Positions 54,151-64,000 of a DNA stretch of 64,000 bases are shown here, in pieces. How positions within the stretch are numbered: the first letter of the stretch is position 1; the number at the start of each line of letters is the position of its first letter. This DNA comes from an uncultured Planctomycetaceae bacterium. Lineage in GTDB: Bacteria > Planctomycetota > Planctomycetia > Planctomycetales > Planctomycetaceae. Where the stretch lies: assembly GCA_963813715.1 (NCBI GenBank), contig CAWFAK010000017.1:896001-960000 (forward strand), in the 5' to 3' direction. A program made the position numbers and the translations under genes. The notes under the pieces were generated by a model that had not been told where the DNA came from, ran no database searches, and saw only the letters and a list, made by a program, of their open reading frames with translations.

Positions 54151-55546
54151 ATGGCGACAAGATCCATGAGTGACCCCAATCGGGCTCGGTCCCAGCGGTG
54201 GTGTTTCTTCGCTGCGGCGCTCGGACTCCTGATCGCCGCGCCGGCAGCGGCCGCCGAAAGACCCAATCGCCCGAACGTCGTGCTGATTCTGGCCGACGAC
54301 CTAAGCCACGGCGATTTATCGTGCTCCGGCGGCAGCGACGTGCGAACGCCGCACATCGATCGGATCTTTCGCGAAGGGCAAACGCTGACTCGATTTCGCA
54401 CGAATTCGAGCGTGTGTTCGCCCACGCGTGCCGCCTTGCTGACCGGGCGTTATCCGGATTGCGTCGGCGTTCCCGGAGTGATTCGTACTCACGCCGATCA
54501 GAACTTCGGCCGCCTCGCGCCGGACGCCGTGCTATTGCCCGCTCTGCTCAAGCCGGCCGGCTATGCGACGGCCCTGATCGGGAAATGGCACCTGGGGCTC
54601 GCGCCGCCCGACGTGCCCAACGCGCGAGGCTTCGAGGTCTTTCACGGCTGGCTCGGCGACATGATGGACGACTATGTGACACATCAGCGGCACGGGATCA
54701 ACTATCTCCGCGACAACCTGGACACCGTCGATCCGCAGGGGCACGCGACCGACCTCTTCACCACTTGGGCGATCGACTTTTTGCACGACCGCCAGCACGA
54801 CCAGCGGCCGTTTTTCCTCGAGCTCGCCTACAATGCGCCGCACGCTCCGATTCAGCCGCCGGCCGATTGGCTGAAACGCGTTCACGATCGCGCTCCCACC
54901 CTTCCCGATATGCGTGCCCGGCGGATTGCGCTAGTCGAACACATGGACGACGGCATCGGACGCGTGATGGCGGCCCTCTCGGCGGCCGGACTCGACAAGA
55001 ATTGCCTGGTCGTTTTCACCTCCGACAACGGCGGCCCGCTCGACTTTGGTGCATTCAACGGGTCGCTGCGTGACGGCAAAGGCAGCATGTACGAGGGTGG
55101 GCTGCGCAGTCCCGTTCGGAGCCTCTTGGGCCGGCCACATTTCGTCCGGTTCGACCACCGATCTGGCCGCCGTCACGATGGATATTTTCCCCACGGTCCT
55201 CGAGGCGGCCGGCGTCGAGCGACCCCAGAACCTCGACGGCACGAGCTTCCTGCCGACCCTTACGGGACACATCCAGAAACTGTCGCGACCGCTCTTCTTC
55301 ATGCGTCGCGAGGGAGGTCCCGGATTTTGGGGCGGAGAAAACGAAGCGGTGATCGACGGCGATTGGAAACTTGTCCACAACAGCCCGTTTCGCCCGCTCG
55401 AGCTGTTCAATCTGATCGACGACCCTGCAGAATCGCACGACCGGGCCTCCCGCGAACCGAAGATCCGCAACCGCCTCGCACGCGAGCTGCAGCTCCATCT
55501 TCAAGCAGCGGGCGCAGCGCCCTGGCAATCGTCGAATCAGCACTAG
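54151..55546 (+). CDS. Arylsulfatase-like S1 sulfatase, secreted (frameshift ~55110)
   Basis: PNVVLILADD, CSPTRAALLTGRY (CxPxR), GKWHLG, SDNG and KGSMYEGG motifs. Confidence 0.92.
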
Positions 55547-55585
55547 CCACCTTGAGGACCGCTCTGCCCAATCTCTCGCAGCGAT

Positions 55586-56485
55586 TTAGCTAACCTGCTG
55601 CTGCGACTGCATGCCGCTCGCCAGAGACTGCACCTGGTCGGCGCTCGTGAGGCTAATCGACGCGGTCAACGTCGCGGAGGCGGCGGTGCCCCGATAGGAG
55701 CCGACGACCGCCGCGGCCTGCTCGGGTCGGGCCGAGGCAGCCAGCGCGATGTGTTGATCGGCGACGGCCAGGCCTTGCGTTGGGTCGTAACCGCGCCAGC
55801 CGGCCCACGGCAGGTAGACTTCGGCCCAAGCGTGGAGGTCGTGGGCCTGACCGCTCAATCGTTGCTGGTAGCCGCTGACAAATCGGGCCGCCAGCCCCAC
55901 GCTGCGGCAGGCATCCAGGAACAGCACCACCAGGTCGCGGCAGGCGCCGGTCCGCCGCGAAAATGTCTCGCGGGCTGACCACGGAGCACCAGTCTCGCGG
56001 TTCGTCACTGTCCAGGTCGATGAAAGCCGTCCACTCAGTTGGCCGAGAAAAGGGACGACTTGCTGGTCGACTTCCGCGGCCACGTCGGCGGCGAATCGGC
56101 CGACGGGATCGTCGCCAGGAATCTCCCCGGCTCGTTTGCGTGCGGCGGCGACGAGCGGCTCTTCCACCGGGGAATACGACATTGGCAACAGGAGCCGATT
56201 CGGCGGCAGGATGAATTCGAAAGGATTGTTCCGCGACGTGTTCACCAGCGACTCGGCCCGCACCGTCAATTCCGACGACAGGCCGTTGAACCAGGCAAGC
56301 GAAACGACGTTCCCTTCGGCATCGAGCGAGGTGGAGATCCCGGCCGGCTGCGGCTTGACGATCAGGCGAAACGACTCGAGAGATTGCCCACCGTCGACGC
56401 GCGGCCGCATCCGAATCAGATGCGGCTCCAGAAAGACCGGTTGGTTGTAGCTATAGCGGGCCAGATGGGCGATTTCGAATTGCAC
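55586..56485 (-). CDS. Transglutaminase family protein
   Basis: N-terminal Bact_transglu_N; GACRD, ARFVSGY, HAWAEVY and YDPT catalytic triad motifs. Confidence 0.9.
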   Translation of the reverse strand: MQFEIAHLARYSYNQPVFLEPHLIRMRPRVDGGQSLESFRLIVKPQPAGISTSLDAEGNVVSLAWFNGLSSELTVRAESLVNTSRNNPFEFILPPNRLLLPMSYSPVEEPLVAAARKRAGEIPGDDPVGRFAADVAAEVDQQVVPFLGQLSGRLSSTWTVTNRETGAPWSARETFSRRTGACRDLVVLFLDACRSVGLAARFVSGYQQRLSGQAHDLHAWAEVYLPWAGWRGYDPTQGLAVADQHIALAASARPEQAAAVVGSYRGTAASATLTASISLTSADQVQSLASGMQSQQQVS

Positions 56486-56504
56486 AGTGATTCTTACTCG
56501 TGAA

Positions 56505-57281
56505 CTAAGCGCTCGCGTCGCGATCGGATAACCTCATCGGCACCACCTGCGGGTCGCGCAGCTTGGCCAGCACCGGTTCCATCCAGCCGGTCGGCAGCTC
56601 GCGAACCGAGTCGCGAAGTCGTTCCTGCCACCAGTTGGAGTTCTCGGCCAGGTCGCTCTTCTCGAAACGATGTTCGACGATCTGGAATGTATTACGAGCG
56701 TACAGCACGACGTCGACGGGAAAATCGACGTCGGCGGCGCTGATTCGCGTGGAGTCGAACGCCAAGCAGCCGACCTTGAGCGCGAACCGCATCGGGTCTT
56801 CGTATTTGAGCGTGCGGTCGAGCACCGGCTTGCCATAACCGGAGGCCCCGATGATGTGGTAGGGCGTGCCGCGGCTGATCTCGACCCAATTGCCTTCGGG
56901 ATAGAGCAAAAAGAGCTTGTGCTCGCGATCCTTGGAGAGCTGACCGCCGATCAGGGCATGGATGTTGAAACGAAAGCCCGAATCTTCAAGGGACTGCTTG
57001 TCTTCGGTGGCCACGCGGCGGATTTGCTCGGCGAACAGGTTGGCCACGCGGAAGAGGCGTCCGAAGAGGGGCTGCTCGGCGTCTTCGATGATTTCCTCGA
57101 AGTAGGTGAGGGCCTTGTCGCGGACAGCCCGCAGGCCGGACGACATGACGAAGAAGGCCGCCTGCTCCTCGTGGTAGACCGACACTTTTTTCGCGGTGAT
57201 GCACTCGCTCCCCGAGATCACCCGCGTGTCGGCGATGCCGACCAGCCCGTCCTCGACCCTCATCGCCAGGCAGAATGTCAT
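56505..57281 (-). CDS. Proteasome-type protease (Anbu)
   Basis: MTFC N-terminal Thr, DTRV, GGQ, LYPEGNW, GKPVLDR and DSTRISAADV motifs. Confidence 0.9.
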   Translation of the reverse strand: MTFCLAMRVEDGLVGIADTRVISGSECITAKKVSVYHEEQAAFFVMSSGLRAVRDKALTYFEEIIEDAEQPLFGRLFRVANLFAEQIRRVATEDKQSLEDSGFRFNIHALIGGQLSKDREHKLFLLYPEGNWVEISRGTPYHIIGASGYGKPVLDRTLKYEDPMRFALKVGCLAFDSTRISAADVDFPVDVVLYARNTFQIVEHRFEKSDLAENSNWWQERLRDSVRELPTGWMEPVLAKLRDPQVVPMRLSDRDASA

Positions 57282-58360
57282 TCGGAAGCCCTCGCGCTCA
57301 GAGCATTCGCGGCTCGTCCTGTTTCAGCCGCGGCGTGCGCGGCGCCTCCTGCCCCAGCCGCGATTGGCGCGGCTCCGCCCGTCCCAGCCGCGATGGGCGC
57401 GGCTGCCCCTGACACGGGTCGGACGGCGAAAAATGTATCACACACCGCCCCACCCACCAAGTTGAGTCGTTTCTGTAGATCGTCGACGAACTCGTGCAGC
57501 CCGCCGGAGATGATCTCGTCCGCTCGAGTGTAGGCCAGTTCGGCCCGGAGTTGCCCCAAAAGTTGTTCGGGCCGATTGCTGAAACTGCCGGTTTTGGACG
57601 CCGAGATCGCGTGTAACGATTCGTTGGCCTCGGTCAGGCAATAAAGCACCGCCCGGGGGAATTCGCGGTCGAGCACCAGAAAGTCGACAACTCGGGCCGG
57701 CGTAATGCGGCCGTGTCTTTGACGGTACATCTCGAAGGCGCTGGCCGACCGCAAGAGCGCCGACCATTGAATGTCGTCGTAGGGAGTGCCGACGTCGCGG
57801 GGCGTGGGCAGCAAGATGAAGTATTTGACGTCGAGAATTCGGGACGTTTTATCGGCCGTCTCGATCGCGCGGCCCACGCGGCAGAACTGCCAGGCCTCGC
57901 CGTGGGTCATCGTCGCGTCGGTGATGCCTTGGAACTGTTGCCCGGTGAGCCGGACCTGCTCGTAGAAGTCGTAAGGGTTGTCGAGGGCGGCCCGGTAGCC
58001 GCTTGTGTCCTTGAGCATCAGAAAAAAGCGATTGATGTGCTCCCACATTTCAGACGAAATGATTTCGCGAACGCTGCGGGCGTTCTCGCGGGCCGAAGTC
58101 AGGCACGAAAGGACCGAATTCGGGTTCTGGCGATCGAACGTCAAAAAGCGGATGACGTTTTCCTTGGTCGCCGATTCGTAGCCCGTGGTGAAGAGGGCGT
58201 CGTCGCCTGTCGTCACCACCAGCGGTCGCCACTGCTGCACGGCCTGCCCGGGCAGATCGAGATTCAAATTCAGATTGACCGAGATGAAGCGAGCGACGTT
58301 CTCGGCCCGTTCGACGTAGCGGCACATCCAATAAATCGAGTCGGCGACGCGGGAAAGCAT
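57278..58360 (-). CDS. Alpha-E domain protein (DUF403)
   Basis: MLSRVADSIYWMCRYVERAEN, ARENAR, ETADKTSRILDVKY and FPRAV motifs. Confidence 0.92.
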   Translation of the reverse strand: MLSRVADSIYWMCRYVERAENVARFISVNLNLNLDLPGQAVQQWRPLVVTTGDDALFTTGYESATKENVIRFLTFDRQNPNSVLSCLTSARENARSVREIISSEMWEHINRFFLMLKDTSGYRAALDNPYDFYEQVRLTGQQFQGITDATMTHGEAWQFCRVGRAIETADKTSRILDVKYFILLPTPRDVGTPYDDIQWSALLRSASAFEMYRQRHGRITPARVVDFLVLDREFPRAVLYCLTEANESLHAISASKTGSFSNRPEQLLGQLRAELAYTRADEIISGGLHEFVDDLQKRLNLVGGAVCDTFFAVRPVSGAAAPIAAGTGGAAPIAAGAGGAAHAAAETGRAANALSARASE

Positions 58361-58363
58361 CCG

Positions 58364-59869
58364 CTAGGCGTCCTCCGCCACGATCCAGGTGTCCTTGCTG
58401 CCCCCGCCCTGGGAAGAATTGACGACCAGCGACCCCCTTTTTAGTGCGACGCGGGTCAGGCCGCCCGGCAACACGAAGATTTCTTTGCCGTAGACGATGA
58501 AAGGTCGCAGATCGACATGCCGCCCTTCCATGTTGCCGTCTTCGATGATCACCGGGCTGCGGGAGAGATTGAGCGTGGGCTGGGCAATGTAGTTCCGAGG
58601 CTTGGCCTCGATCTGTCGGGCGATCGCTTCCTGTTCGGCGCGGCTCGAACGGGGACCGATGTGCATGCCGTAGCCCCCCGATTCGTTTGCCGGCTTCACC
58701 ACCAGCTTGTCGAGATTGGCCAACACGTGCGAGCGCTGCGCCTCGTCGAAGCACAAATATGTCGGCACGTTCGGGATGATCGCCTCCTGCGCCAGGTAAT
58801 ACTTGATCATCTGCGGCACGTACGCGTAGATGACCTTGTCGTCGGCGACGCCCGTTCCCGGCGCGTTAGCCAAAGCCACGCGCCCCGCCCGGTACACGTC
58901 CATCAAGCCGGCGACACCCAGCATCGAGTCGGCCCGAAATGTGTTGGGATCCAAGAAGTCGTCGTCGATGCGGCGATACAAAACGTCGATCCGCTCGAGC
59001 CCTTTCGTCGTCCGCATGTGCAAGAAGCCGTCGGACACGACCAGGTCGCGCCCTTCGACCAGGTCGATGCCCATCTGCTGCGCCAGGAACGAATGCTCGA
59101 AGTAGGCCGAGTTGTAAGACCCGGGCGTGAGCAGCGCGACGCTAGGCGACAGAATCTTGCTGTCCATGAGGGACTGTAGGGCGTCGAGCAGCCGGCTGCA
59201 ATAATCGTCGACCGGACGGACCCGGGCACGCTCGAAGAGTGCCGGGAAGGTCTGCTTCATCAATTGACGGTTTTGCAGCAGATACGAGACGCCCGATGGA
59301 CAGCGAAGGTTGTCCTCGAGCACGTAGAAGCTGCCGTCGTCGTGGCGGACCAGGTCGGTCCCCGTAATGTGGCACCAGACTCCCTTGGGAGGATTGAGCC
59401 CGATGCACTGCCGCCTGAAGGACGCAGCGGTTTGGATGACATGCTCGGGAACGATCCCGTCTTTGACGATCTTCTGCTCGTGGTAGATGTCGTCGAGGAA
59501 CAGGTTGAGAGCGGCGATCCGCTGATTGAGCCCACGCTCGAGCCGATCCCATTCGCCCGACCCAAGCACGCGCGGCACGATATCAAACGGGATGATCCGC
59601 TCGGTGCCTTCGCCGTCCCCGTAGACGTTGAAGGTGATCCCCAAACGCAGCATCGAGCGGTCGGCAGCCAGTTGCCGGCGTTTGAGGTCGTCGAAGGCCA
59701 TTCTCTGTAGATACGAGAAGACCGTTTCCGACTCACGCCGCGGTCGACCGGACGGCTGAAACAGCTCGTCGTAGAATTCTCCGACCTGATAGTCTGCAAA
59801 AACCCCTGTGACGGGGCGGGTCGGTTCCGCGGCTTGGAAGGAAGTCTGGACAGACGGAATCTGGCTCAC
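58364..59869 (-). CDS. Circularly permuted type 2 ATP-grasp protein
   Basis: GITFNVY, LEDNLRCPSGVSY, NSAYFEH, RRIDDDFLDP, NAPGTGVADDK and VNSSQGGGSKDTW motifs. Confidence 0.95.
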   Translation of the reverse strand: MSQIPSVQTSFQAAEPTRPVTGVFADYQVGEFYDELFQPSGRPRRESETVFSYLQRMAFDDLKRRQLAADRSMLRLGITFNVYGDGEGTERIIPFDIVPRVLGSGEWDRLERGLNQRIAALNLFLDDIYHEQKIVKDGIVPEHVIQTAASFRRQCIGLNPPKGVWCHITGTDLVRHDDGSFYVLEDNLRCPSGVSYLLQNRQLMKQTFPALFERARVRPVDDYCSRLLDALQSLMDSKILSPSVALLTPGSYNSAYFEHSFLAQQMGIDLVEGRDLVVSDGFLHMRTTKGLERIDVLYRRIDDDFLDPNTFRADSMLGVAGLMDVYRAGRVALANAPGTGVADDKVIYAYVPQMIKYYLAQEAIIPNVPTYLCFDEAQRSHVLANLDKLVVKPANESGGYGMHIGPRSSRAEQEAIARQIEAKPRNYIAQPTLNLSRSPVIIEDGNMEGRHVDLRPFIVYGKEIFVLPGGLTRVALKRGSLVVNSSQGGGSKDTWIVAEDA

Positions 59870-59968
59870 GCCGGTCTCACGATAAGGCGCTCACGCACGG
59901 GTGAGCGGTTGGACGTTCGGATATTCGTGGAGAGGAATCGCTTCGAGGATGGTTCTATTCACCTTCGG

Positions 59969-59984
59969 AGCACTTCACGCGCCA
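59969..59984 (-). promoter_or_regulatory. Putative sigma54 (-24/-12) promoter of the ATP-grasp/Anbu operon
   Basis: Minus strand TGGCGCG-TGAA-GTGCT versus consensus TGGCACG-N4-TTGCW; 100 bp upstream of the start. Confidence 0.45.
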
Positions 59985-60243
59985 CCCCGAGCAACCCCAA
60001 AATCGTTTCCCTAAGGGACTCCTTTTCAGCAACTTACGACAATTGCCTAGTTCCCGCAATCGGAGATTGTGCTTAGAGAAACGACAACGCCTCGCACGTT
60101 TCTTGGGCGGCTCAGGCGTCGGCGGAACACGATGCGGTCCGCGACAATCCCGATCAAAGGTGGGGGTGTCACCGGGCATGGCCGACCTCGAGCGACGCGA
60201 GAGGGTAGTGGCTGATGGCGGGGAACGTTCGCCCGAGCCGGTG

Positions 60244-61812
60244 CTACCGGCCAAGCGCCTCTGCGATGCGGTCCTTCATGCTCTTGCCGCCGGGCTCCGG
60301 AATCGGGGATCCACGCCAGAGAATATGGCCGTCCGGCCCGATCAAGAACGAGGTCGGCACGCCGTCGACGACGAAGAGTCGGGCGGCCGGTGATTGGAAC
60401 CCGTTGATTTTGCTTGGTCCGGACCAGTAATGCTCCAGGTGCGTCCACCCGCGTTTGGCCAGATGTCGCGTCACCAGCTCTGGCTGTTCGTCAATGCTGA
60501 CGGGGACGAGGACCACGCGGTCTTTCCAGCGAGCGGGCTCGTCAGCGGCGAGTTGGTCGAGTTCTTTCATGGCGGACTGACACGGTTTGCACCACGTCGC
60601 CCAGAAATCGATCCAAACCAATTTACCTCGCAGGCTGCTGAGCTTGATCGGCTTGCTGTCGGCGACCGCGATCAACTCGGCGTCGGGGGCGGGGTCGTTG
60701 GCGTCCGGCCACAACGGGAATGTGAATCTTTCGACGCCGGACTTCTTGGAAAAGCCGAACCGACCCAGGCAGCGATTCCCCACGAAGATGAAGTAGGGCG
60801 CCCCGGCCATGATCTCCGGCACCCGATCGGTAATGTCTTTCAAGACAATTTCGCCTGCTGCAGGAACCGGCCCGTCGAAGACCGGGACGGCACCATAATG
60901 GGCATCAAAGTAGCCAACCCAGATCGGCTTGCTCGCCGCCGGCTTTCCGTCGGGGTGCAGCAAACGCACCGCAGCCGTGCGATTGCCGCGAAACACGTTG
61001 AGATCGAAGGGCACGTAGCGAAAACGAACCGGCAGTGACTGGCCCGGCCGCAGCGTCACCTTGTGTTTCTCGACGTAGGCCCCCGGATTGACTGGCGAAC
61101 GCGTCGTCCTGGGATCGTCTTTGACTCCCGGCTTCGGCCGCGTTTCGACGCCGACGAGGTAATCGCCGGCGATGAGATCGGTGATCCGTGCGAAACCCTT
61201 AAAGGGCAAGTCCTGATCGACGAAGACGTTGTAAGACTCGGTCCCTTCCGCGCGGCGGATAATGTGGAGGACCTGACCGTCGAACGGCAGCCTCTCCGGC
61301 TTTTCCTGGCCCGGATTGAAGTGAACTTCCAGCGTCGCCGGCTTCTCGACGTCGATCTCGAGCCGACCGTTTTTGATTTGGGACCATTGGAACGGCCCGC
61401 GCTCGAAGAATCGCAGAAAACCCGGCGCATGGATGGCGACGTAAAACGGCTGCTCGGGATGGAGCAGGCGGACCTCGAACTCTCCCGAGCCGGTCGCGTG
61501 AACGGTCAGCAGGTTCGCGTGACGCAGGCCGTCCCGACGAAACTCCGGCTGCCACATCAGCCGCGCCTGATCGCGATCGCTCTCGGCATAAACCTGGGGC
61601 CGGAAATCGGCCGGAAGCGTCATCCCTGCGGGCAGCCGGAAATGCAGCCGCAACTCGCGGTGCGGTGAGTCCGATGCCTGGGCCGCCGCCACTAACGAGA
61701 TGGTCAGGACATGGGCGATCAGCCACAGGCGGGTCGTGGCGCTCGCCGCGGATCGGCGTTCGAGACCTCCTGGACTCATTGGATCGGCCCCCGCCTCACG
61801 GATTTTGGTCAA
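60244..61812 (-). CDS. Secreted TlpA-like thiol-disulfide oxidoreductase with large N-terminal region
   Basis: DFWATWCKPC, VSID and GVPTSFLIGPDG motifs; signal-like hydrophobic segment; start may be 61779. Confidence 0.8.
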   Translation of the reverse strand: MTKIREAGADPMSPGGLERRSAASATTRLWLIAHVLTISLVAAAQASDSPHRELRLHFRLPAGMTLPADFRPQVYAESDRDQARLMWQPEFRRDGLRHANLLTVHATGSGEFEVRLLHPEQPFYVAIHAPGFLRFFERGPFQWSQIKNGRLEIDVEKPATLEVHFNPGQEKPERLPFDGQVLHIIRRAEGTESYNVFVDQDLPFKGFARITDLIAGDYLVGVETRPKPGVKDDPRTTRSPVNPGAYVEKHKVTLRPGQSLPVRFRYVPFDLNVFRGNRTAAVRLLHPDGKPAASKPIWVGYFDAHYGAVPVFDGPVPAAGEIVLKDITDRVPEIMAGAPYFIFVGNRCLGRFGFSKKSGVERFTFPLWPDANDPAPDAELIAVADSKPIKLSSLRGKLVWIDFWATWCKPCQSAMKELDQLAADEPARWKDRVVLVPVSIDEQPELVTRHLAKRGWTHLEHYWSGPSKINGFQSPAARLFVVDGVPTSFLIGPDGHILWRGSPIPEPGGKSMKDRIAEALGR

Positions 61813-61984
61813 ATCAATACGAATTCATCGATGCCGCCGCATTGACTCACGGGCGCAGGATGAGACGGGGCGATCGCCGACTTTCGTTTAGAGCGGCTTG
61901 TAGTGCAGGCTTCGCCTGCCGCCATGAGCCAACCGACGCCTGACATCCGGCGCTGCCGTTTGGCGGTAGACGGAATACGCATCA

Positions 61985-63670
61985 TTAATTCAAGCGCGCT
62001 GGGGTTCCGCGGACGACCGGGACGTCAAATAGGATCGGCAGGTCGCGGCTGAAGGACTCTTGCACGCGGGTCGCCAGCTCGTCCGGGTCGTTTACGCGGT
62101 GGGCTTCGACGCCGAATGAGCGGGCCAGGGAAACCATGTCGACTTCGGGCTTGGCGATGTCCATCCCCTCAAAGCGGCCCTCGCTGGCCCGCGGCAGGCC
62201 CATTCCCTGGGCACCGATTTTTAAAATTTGATACTGGGCGTTGTTGCAGATCACGAACGTGACTGGAATACGGTAGGCGGCCGCCGTCCACAGCCCCTGA
62301 ATGCCGTACAGCGACGCCCCTTCACCGAGGATCGCCAGCACGGGACGATCGGGCCACGCGAGTTTGACGCCGACGCTGCAGCCTAACCCCCAGCCCAGCG
62401 CCCAACCGCGGTGGCCGAAGTAGCCCGTTGGATCCTGGATAGCGCCGAGCCGTTCGAGCAGAGTTCCCGTTGTGGTGACGGCTTCCTCCACGACGGCAAT
62501 GTTCTTCGGCAGTGTTTTGGCCAGGGCCGACATGATCGTCGCTGGCGTCAACGGGCGCTGGCTCCATTCGGCCGCAGCGCGGGCCTGGATTTGTTCGCGA
62601 ATCTTGCGGTGGGTCTGACCGCGCTCGGCGGCCCGTTTGGCGGCAAGTTCTCGTTCGGCAACGGTCATCGTCGACCGCACGAGCGACGCCAACTCGGCGA
62701 GGCCCGGCTTGGGGTTTCCCGCCAACGAGACGTCCGTCGCGTAGTTCTTGCCGAGCTGCCACGGATCCTGATCGAGGTGAATTAGTCGAGTGTTCTCCGG
62801 GATGGGCCGGGCCGGCTCGTAGTAGACGTAGAGGCGAAAAAGATCCGTGCCTACCGCGAACAGCACGTCGAATTCGCTCAATCGCTGGACGATCTCGGGC
62901 GAGTAAATCGGCATACCAGGGGCCGAGAGCGGATGCGTGCACGGGAAGGCGAGCCGCCCGTGCGTGGTTCCGGCTTCGGCCATGACGGGGGCGCCGAGCG
63001 TTTCGGCGAGCGCGACCAGCTCGGACACGGCGTTCGCTTCTTGCACGCGGCTACCGGCGAGGATGCCCGGATTCTTGGCCTTCGCGAGAATCTCGGCCGC
63101 GTGTTTCAATTCTTCAACGGGCGGTCGCACGAGCGGATTGATCGGTCGCGGCGGTGTCAGATCGAAATGCTCCACCTCGCGTTGCACGTCGATCGGGATC
63201 GAGAGAAACACGGGGCCGGTCGGCGGCATGAGGGCGGTCTGCACGGCGCGCCGAATCGCCAGCGGCAGATCGGCGGCCCGTTCGACCTCCACCGCCCATT
63301 TCGTCCAGGGCTTGGCCACGCTGACCATGTCGGACCAGAGGATCGGCTCCTCGAACTTCAGCCGTCGGTCCTGCTGTCCCGCGGTGAGGATCAACGGCGT
63401 CCCGGCGCGGTAGGCGTTGTAAAGCATGCCCATCGCGTTGCCCAAGCCGCAGCTAATGTGAACATTGACCACGCCCGGCAGACCCGAGGCCTGGGCAAAT
63501 CCGTCCGCCATTGCGACGACCGGCACTTCCTGGAGCCCCAGGATGTATTTGATTCGCGGATGATCGACGAGCGCGTCCGAGAGGGGCAGCTCGGTCGTTC
63601 CCGGATTGCCAAAGAGGTACCGCACGCCCGACTCGGCCAGAATCTCGAGCATCGCTTCCGAGGCGTTCAT
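61985..63670 (-). CDS. Thiamine diphosphate-dependent enzyme, benzoylformate decarboxylase-like
   Basis: FGNPGTTELP, LQE...AMADG, GLGNAMG and GEGASLYGIQ...NNAQY motifs. Confidence 0.9.
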   Translation of the reverse strand: MNASEAMLEILAESGVRYLFGNPGTTELPLSDALVDHPRIKYILGLQEVPVVAMADGFAQASGLPGVVNVHISCGLGNAMGMLYNAYRAGTPLILTAGQQDRRLKFEEPILWSDMVSVAKPWTKWAVEVERAADLPLAIRRAVQTALMPPTGPVFLSIPIDVQREVEHFDLTPPRPINPLVRPPVEELKHAAEILAKAKNPGILAGSRVQEANAVSELVALAETLGAPVMAEAGTTHGRLAFPCTHPLSAPGMPIYSPEIVQRLSEFDVLFAVGTDLFRLYVYYEPARPIPENTRLIHLDQDPWQLGKNYATDVSLAGNPKPGLAELASLVRSTMTVAERELAAKRAAERGQTHRKIREQIQARAAAEWSQRPLTPATIMSALAKTLPKNIAVVEEAVTTTGTLLERLGAIQDPTGYFGHRGWALGWGLGCSVGVKLAWPDRPVLAILGEGASLYGIQGLWTAAAYRIPVTFVICNNAQYQILKIGAQGMGLPRASEGRFEGMDIAKPEVDMVSLARSFGVEAHRVNDPDELATRVQESFSRDLPILFDVPVVRGTPARLN

Positions 63671-63860
63671 AGCAGCAAATCCCGCGGCAGACGAGCCGCA
63701 AAGAGCGATCGAAACGGGCATAAAAGCGACAGGAGTCCGGCTCATTCTACCGGCGGCCGGATCTCACCCGCAACACGCGTCGAGCCTGCTTTGGACCACA
63801 CGGCTCGGCCAGGATACGATAAGAGAATTGCAGCCGAACAGAACAAACGGGGTGCCCGGA

Positions 63861-64000
63861 TTGAACGCGCGGATTTTCCTCCTGGTGGCGATCGTCGTGC
63901 TGACGATCGTCGGCGCGCTCGCATTCGAGCTGCCGGGTTCCGGCCACTTGCTCCCCCCAGCCCACCCTCCGCCGCCCGATCTCACGTCGGAACGCACTTC
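63861..64000 (+). CDS. Possible 5-prime fragment of a membrane-anchored protein running off the window
   Basis: LNARIFLLVAIVVLTIVGALAFELP hydrophobic N-terminus, divergent from the ThDP gene. Confidence 0.3.
   Translation, partial: MNARIFLLVAIVVLTIVGALAFELPGSGHLLPPAHPPPPDLTSERT

Overview
High-GC bacterial chromosome segment, almost certainly a planctomycete. Signs: DUF1559/prepilin-type protein, LExRxLL-type extracellular protein, membrane Ser/Thr kinase, sulfatase and planctomycete-style rpsA tail. Many clearly conserved genes, including rpsA, are broken by single-base indels, which points to an unpolished long-read assembly rather than true pseudogenes. Content in order: HEPN/AbiU2-like gene next to tRNA-Glu(CTC); a repeat-rich intergenic hub with two G-rich minisatellites upstream of rpsA and a sigma70 factor; GYF_2 protein and a miniaturised DUF1559 protein; nitroreductase; orphan Flp pilin; YciI/ECF42-type sigma operon; a ~2400-aa adhesin; APC and MFS transporters; peroxiredoxin-like protein and Ser/Thr kinase; TauD dioxygenase; an incomplete Tad pilus operon bracketed by an HD-GYP response regulator and a PAS/GAF hybrid kinase; a second ~1.9-kb gene-free hub made of several palindromic/REP-like families; M13 peptidase; FUSC/HlyD/TolC efflux genes; a large GH140-like + GH-like + alpha/beta-hydrolase fusion divergent from an SDR/epimerase/RhaT/RhaM/sulfatase operon; the ATP-grasp/alpha-E/Anbu/transglutaminase operon; a TlpA-like protein and a ThDP enzyme. 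The least explained structure is the pair of non-coding hubs (about 2.4-3.5 kb and 38.3-40.2 kb). They share a hairpin element with compensatory base changes and a GGGACGGGA motif, and the second holds a run of origin/iteron-like units. All family assignments come from motif recognition, not database searches.
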